Assembly: GCA_963787835.1 (NCBI GenBank)
Contig: CAWBEI010000004.1
Location: 224,001 to 288,000, forward strand
Length of the DNA stretch: 64,000 bases
Source of the DNA: Ignavibacteriota bacterium
GTDB taxonomy: Bacteria > Bacteroidota > Ignavibacteria > Palsa-1295
Direction of reading: 5' to 3'
A model generated the notes under the pieces. The model did not search any database. It had not been told where the DNA came from and worked only from the letters and a program-made list of their open reading frames with translations. A program made the translations under genes and the position numbers. Positions within the stretch are counted from its first letter, which is position 1. Each line of letters begins with the position of its first letter. This document shows, piece by piece, positions 59,904-64,000 of this stretch.

Positions 59904-60557
59904 TCAGTGATTAACGAATCGCCTCGACGGAGAAGAAGCAACGTGTCCCGTGGGCATTTCTCCGGCTCTTGCTGTAAATAGTGTGTGTAATACACCATCC
60001 TCATCCCACATCTCGCGCAGTTCATCGAAGGTCATGATCCGTTTGCCTGGATCGGGACGAGCGGGATCGAGGATAAATATTTTTCCCTCTTTTTCATCGT
60101 ACCCGAAAACGAGCATCGCGTGATACCACGTATGTGTATTAGTAACACGCGGTACTCGTATCGAAACGATCACAGGTCTTCCATCGTCGAGAGATTGCTC
60201 GATGGCTGAGATGGCATTATGAAAACCGGCACTATCGTTGTGCCATTGCCAACGGTCCCACGTATATCCAATTTTCTTAATTCCTTCCTGAACCTCTTCG
60301 AATGATGTTGTGCTAAACAGGTCTTTATGCTCATTCGAAAGCCGTTTGACCGTCCATTGGGATTTCCCTTCACCATAGAAATTCATTGCCATGGATACAC
60401 ACGTCGGTAAGCAAAGATCGGGACTCTGTTGCTCATGCATTATATCGAGATAAGCGTACTGACCCCGCACGATTGGTTTTGACGGCTGGGTAAATGCGGA
60501 GCTTGATAGTAAAAAAGTGGCTATTAAGCAAATAATGAACTTGAAAGTGGTTCGCAT
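59904..60557 (-). CDS. secreted C39-like cysteine peptidase
   Basis: Signal peptide; QQSPDLCLPTC; GRPVIV; HAMLVFGYD; ILDP; start at ATG 60557. Confidence 0.8.
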   Translation of the reverse strand: MRTTFKFIICLIATFLLSSSAFTQPSKPIVRGQYAYLDIMHEQQSPDLCLPTCVSMAMNFYGEGKSQWTVKRLSNEHKDLFSTTSFEEVQEGIKKIGYTWDRWQWHNDSAGFHNAISAIEQSLDDGRPVIVSIRVPRVTNTHTWYHAMLVFGYDEKEGKIFILDPARPDPGKRIMTFDELREMWDEDGVLHTLFTARAGEMPTGHVASSPSRRFVNH

Positions 60558-60680
60558 ACACAAATATACGGATTTTTGGAAAAAGAATCCAATTTTAAGT
60601 AATGATCTCAGCATTGCAACGAACCCTATTTTCACAATGTTTCCGTGCGTCTGTTCGCAAAACATGGCCAAGAGGCCGAA

Positions 60681-60765
60681 GCCGGAGTGGCGAAATTGGC
60701 AGACGCGCGAGACTTAGGATCTCGTATCGCAAGATGTGCAGGTTCAAGTCCTGTCTCCGGCACCA
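60681..60765 (+). tRNA. tRNA-Leu(TAG)
   Basis: GCCGGAG..CGAGA CT TAG GA TCTCG..GGTTCAAGTCC..CTCCGGC ACCA; lies upstream of tig as in many bacteria. Confidence 0.96.
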
Positions 60766-60768
60766 TTC

Positions 60769-60855
60769 AATGAAGAATGAAAAATTAAGAATTTCGCTCG
60801 TACTGAGAAATCCTGATCGCTTAATTTTTCATTCTTAATGCTTAATTTTTAATTC
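60769..60855. repeat. inverted pair of heptamer arrays (ATTAAGA/TTCTTAA family)
   Basis: aatgaagaatgaaaaattaagaatt ... ttaatttttcattcttaatgcttaatttttaattc. Confidence 0.72.
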
Positions 60856-60859
60856 AAAA

Positions 60860-62141
60860 TTGACTGCTACTATCTACGAAAAAAGTCCGATCGCGCGGGA
60901 GCTTGAGATCAAGGTCGATGAAACCGAGCTTCAGGCGGCATTTGATGAAGCATACAAGACGATGCGGCCCCGCCTTTCGCTACCAGGATTTTCGTCCCGG
61001 CAAAGCGCCGATCGGTCTCGTAAAAAAATTGCATGGCGATGCCATCGAAGGCGATGCGCTCGAAAAACTCGCGCAGGATAAATTCCGGGAAGCTGCCGAA
61101 GAATATAAGATCGAGCCGCTCGGCGCTCCGGTCATGACCGATCTTCACCGACATGCCGGTGAGGGTGCTCATTTCAAGATCATGTATGAGGTCTCGCCGG
61201 AAATCGAGATCAAAGATTTCTCTGGAATGGAAGTTGAAAAGAAAACTCTGACCATTTCCGATACCGATGTAACGGATCGCATCGAGCGCCTGCGATTCGG
61301 ACTTGCTGAGCGAGAGCCGACTGCGAAAGTGGAAGATGCTCATACCATCGTCAAACTCGAGATGCGAGAGATGGATGTCCCCGAAGGAGCCGAACCCGGC
61401 AAATCGGAGCAGACCGAAGTGTACCTCGCTGATCCGGAGATCATCCCGGAATTACGAAACGGGATCGTTGGTGAGGAAGTCGGGGTGCAACTCATTCTTA
61501 CACTACCGCAACGCAAACGCGAGCCCGGCACCGATCTTATGAAGGAAGAAATTGGCCGCGTCGAAGTAACGGTGCTCGAAGCCCAGCGAGTCCTGCTTCC
61601 TCCGCTTGACGAATCGCTTATCAAGAAGATATCCGAGGATAAACTTTCGACAGAAGAAGAATTGCGGAATGAAATCCGTAATGGTTTGGAACAATCGGCG
61701 GCCAAAAAGTCTGAAGAAGACTTAGAAGAGCAAATTGTTTCCAAGCTTATGGAAATGCACCCATTTGAAGTTCCGCGAACGATCTCGAATGCCATTCTTG
61801 GCCAGATGATCGAAGAGCGCGAGCAGGAGAATGTACGACGTGGATTCCCCGCAACGTACGGAGTCGATGATGCTCAATTCCGCGAGCAATACAGGCCCGT
61901 TGCCGATGCACGAGCTAAATGGATGCTTCTGCGCGAGAAACTGATCGAATCAGAAGCTATTGAAGCGACTGACGAAGACCTCGATAAACTTGCCGAGGAA
62001 GAATCAGCCAAATATGGCCTTACAAAGGAGAACTTGCTGAAGTATTATCATAAGCACGATTCTATCTCGAACCGAATCATCAGCGATAAACTTGGCGCCC
62101 GTTTGCGGGAAAAAGTAAAGATCGTCGAGGCGGCTGTCTGA
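60860..62141 (+). pseudogene. tig: trigger factor, apparent frameshift (extra T in 60989-60992)
   Basis: Removing one T restores the ribosome-binding signature LPGFRPGKAP; lies between tRNA-Leu and clpP. Confidence 0.9.
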
Positions 62142-62177
62142 ACCAGGATTTATGGGATTATTGGGATTTATGGGATG
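62137..62177 (+). repeat. 9-bp tandem repeat arm supplying the tig stop codon
   Basis: tcTGAaccaggatttatgggattattgggatttatgggatg. Confidence 0.75.
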
Positions 62178-62245
62178 TTTTCCATTAAGTACAATAATTT
62201 TTTCACGTGCTCGTCAGTAGTTTAGGTCAATCACACTAAATTTTT

Positions 62246-62989
62246 ATGTCTGATATCAGAAACCCTTACACCGAAATGCAAATGGCTCTTGTGCCAATGG
62301 TCGTCGAGCAGACGCCGCGTGGCGAGCGAGCCTTCGATATTTATTCACGCCTTTTGAAGGAGCGCATCGTCTTCATCGGAACCCCGATCGATGACAACGT
62401 CGCGTCGTTGCTAATCGCCCAGCTTCTATTCCTCGAATCGGAAGATCCCGATCGCGACATTAATATTTATATCAATTCCCCCGGCGGTTCCGTCTCGGCG
62501 GGGCTTGCGGTCTATGACACGATGCAGTACATCAAGCCCGATTGCGCCACGATCTGCCTCGGGATGGCGGCTTCCATGGCCTCGCTCCTGCTCGCAGGTG
62601 GCGCAGCAGGAAAGCGTACCGCGCTGCCTCATTCGCGCATCATGATCCACCAGCCGCTCGGCGGAACCCAAGGGCAGGCGACCGATATCGAGATTTACAC
62701 CCGCGAAATGCTCCGCGTTCGTGAGGATCTCTATGGAATTTATTCCTATCACACCGGCAAACCCATCGAACAAATTGCCAAGGATGCCGAGCGCGATAAC
62801 TACATGTCGCCGGAGCAGGCGAGAGACTATCGCCTGATCGACAACATCATGTCGAAGAGCGCCCTCAAGGAACTTGGCGGAGGAGTTCGCTTACCGCTTA
62901 CGGCTGCCGTGGAAACCTTGAACGAGAAGATTGATGCGGGCGAGCCAGTGCCGCAGGCTTCTACCGGTTCCCGAAGTTCCGGAGCGTAA
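62246..62989 (+). CDS. clpP: ATP-dependent Clp protease proteolytic subunit
   Basis: [36 protein letters not shown]. Confidence 0.97.
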   Translation: MSDIRNPYTEMQMALVPMVVEQTPRGERAFDIYSRLLKERIVFIGTPIDDNVASLLIAQLLFLESEDPDRDINIYINSPGGSVSAGLAVYDTMQYIKPDCATICLGMAASMASLLLAGGAAGKRTALPHSRIMIHQPLGGTQGQATDIEIYTREMLRVREDLYGIYSYHTGKPIEQIAKDAERDNYMSPEQARDYRLIDNIMSKSALKELGGGVRLPLTAAVETLNEKIDAGEPVPQASTGSRSSGA

Positions 62990-62993
62990 TTCT

Positions 62994-64000
62994 TCATTTT
63001 GTTTTAATGAAACTAAGATGCGTGGGCAAGCTTCCGTCGCTTGCGTGCAGAAGAAGTATGTAATTGCCGTCCAGCAGGGAAGTGACATCAATTGGAATTG
63101 TCATGGAATGACTATTCGGAGTTGTAGAAATTCCCATCACTTCTCGGCCCAGCACATCCAAAATACTAATTTCGGAGATCGTTGTCTTCCCATTGCACCA
63201 TAACGTTAGCTCCTCGTTGCATGGATTTGGAGCGATCGCAAATCCTCCATTTGCTAACACGATTGTTACCCCTGCCGGCTGCGTTTCGTAAGCTCCGATC
63301 GATCGTGCCGCCAGCGAATAGGGTATGCCGGTATAATCCGTCACTGGCTCCGACTCAGGAAAACCCGCTCCGATGGCCAGGCTGCCAGCCTTCAGCGAAA
63401 AATCCCTATTCGATGTATCCGCAAATTCCGGATCGCCGATAATGGAACCCGATACATTTGCTCCCGGCAATTCCGACCAACCAATAGAAGCCGGATCGGG
63501 ATTCTTATAATCATGAAATAGATTGTTCTTGAAAAATTCGGTATTGTAGTTGAAGCTGTCCGACGCATTCATGTAGATACCATAAGGACTATAGGTGGTA
63601 AAAATGTTATTATACACGTAATTGCTGTCGAGCATAATACCGGTTTCGCTGGTATTCAGCGATCGGAATGCAAATTCCGTGGTCTTAAAGCAGGTATTAT
63701 TGAAAATGAAGGCGTGATGACAGGAACTCAGCCTCATCCCAGTCGTGCCTCCGATAAAAACATTCGCATAGACCATAATACTATCCGCCTCCCATGTTGC
63801 ACCGAGCGGACAGAAGAATTGAGGTCCCGTATCGCCGCCAACATCCACGCCATCGGCCTCGCAATTGATGAACAAGTTCTGCTGATAGGTAATATGCTTC
63901 GCTCCGCCTTTGCAATGGGAACCATCGCCAGGCATATTCTCGAATGTGCAATGGCTGACAAGTCCATTAATATCCGCATTAAGGCTGATTCCATCCGTGA
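62994..64000 (-). CDS. secreted right-handed beta-helix protein with T9SS-type C-terminal domain (5' end beyond window)
   Basis: Frame open to the window edge; NLF/NVF/NNT/NNIF rungs; DPEFAD..DFSLKAGSLAIGAG..IGAYE; PNP..LDVLGR..GNY. Confidence 0.82.
   Translation of the reverse strand, partial: TDGISLNADINGLVSHCTFENMPGDGSHCKGGAKHITYQQNLFINCEADGVDVGGDTGPQFFCPLGATWEADSIMVYANVFIGGTTGMRLSSCHHAFIFNNTCFKTTEFAFRSLNTSETGIMLDSNYVYNNIFTTYSPYGIYMNASDSFNYNTEFFKNNLFHDYKNPDPASIGWSELPGANVSGSIIGDPEFADTSNRDFSLKAGSLAIGAGFPESEPVTDYTGIPYSLAARSIGAYETQPAGVTIVLANGGFAIAPNPCNEELTLWCNGKTTISEISILDVLGREVMGISTTPNSHSMTIPIDVTSLLDGNYILLLHASDGSLPTHLSFIKTK

Noticed and set aside
48947-60765. Genomic island integrated at a tRNA
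   Set aside because: No integrase, no duplicated tRNA 3' end seen, and the flanking genes are mostly housekeeping
60860-62141. Programmed frameshifting in trigger factor
   Set aside because: The shift breaks the GFRPGK motif at a T4 run and matches four other indels; an assembly error is simpler

Overview
A mostly housekeeping stretch of a bacterial chromosome. By inference it belongs to the Bacteroidota/Chlorobiota group, most likely a Kapabacteria/Ignavibacteria-like lineage. That call rests on six proteins with type IX secretion (T9SS)-like C-terminal sorting domains, a PASTA-only protein, the sigma54-activator/lptE pairing and TAnnTTTG-type promoters. The window holds 2-oxoacid:ferredoxin oxidoreductase alpha/beta, holB, rnhA, hemC-hemD-hemE, acpS, miaE, uvrB, comF, accD-rocF-panC-panD, lysC, cdsA, tig-clpP, three tRNAs (Leu-CAG, Phe-GAA, Leu-TAG), three toxin-antitoxin pairs, a Uma2 nuclease and an aac(6')-like acetyltransferase. 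I saw no rRNA, CRISPR array, transposase, integrase or prophage. Five genes carry single-base frameshifts (DinB-like, LD-carboxypeptidase, hemE, TPP-II-like peptidase, tig), most simply read as assembly indels. The most interesting signals are: (1) several families of short palindromic and tandem repeats that sit at gene junctions and supply protein sequence, including a 61-bp palindrome inserted in frame in a flavin monooxygenase; (2) five tandem mini-hairpins abutting the CCA end of tRNA-Leu; (3) a tripeptidyl-peptidase II-like protein with a signal peptide; (4) -7 promoter motifs 3-4 nt from start codons, suggesting leaderless mRNAs; (5) a promoter-driven structured ~295-nt noncoding region with a boxA-like motif; and (6) a metallophosphoesterase split by one in-frame TAG. 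All family assignments come from reading motifs by eye; no database search was run.
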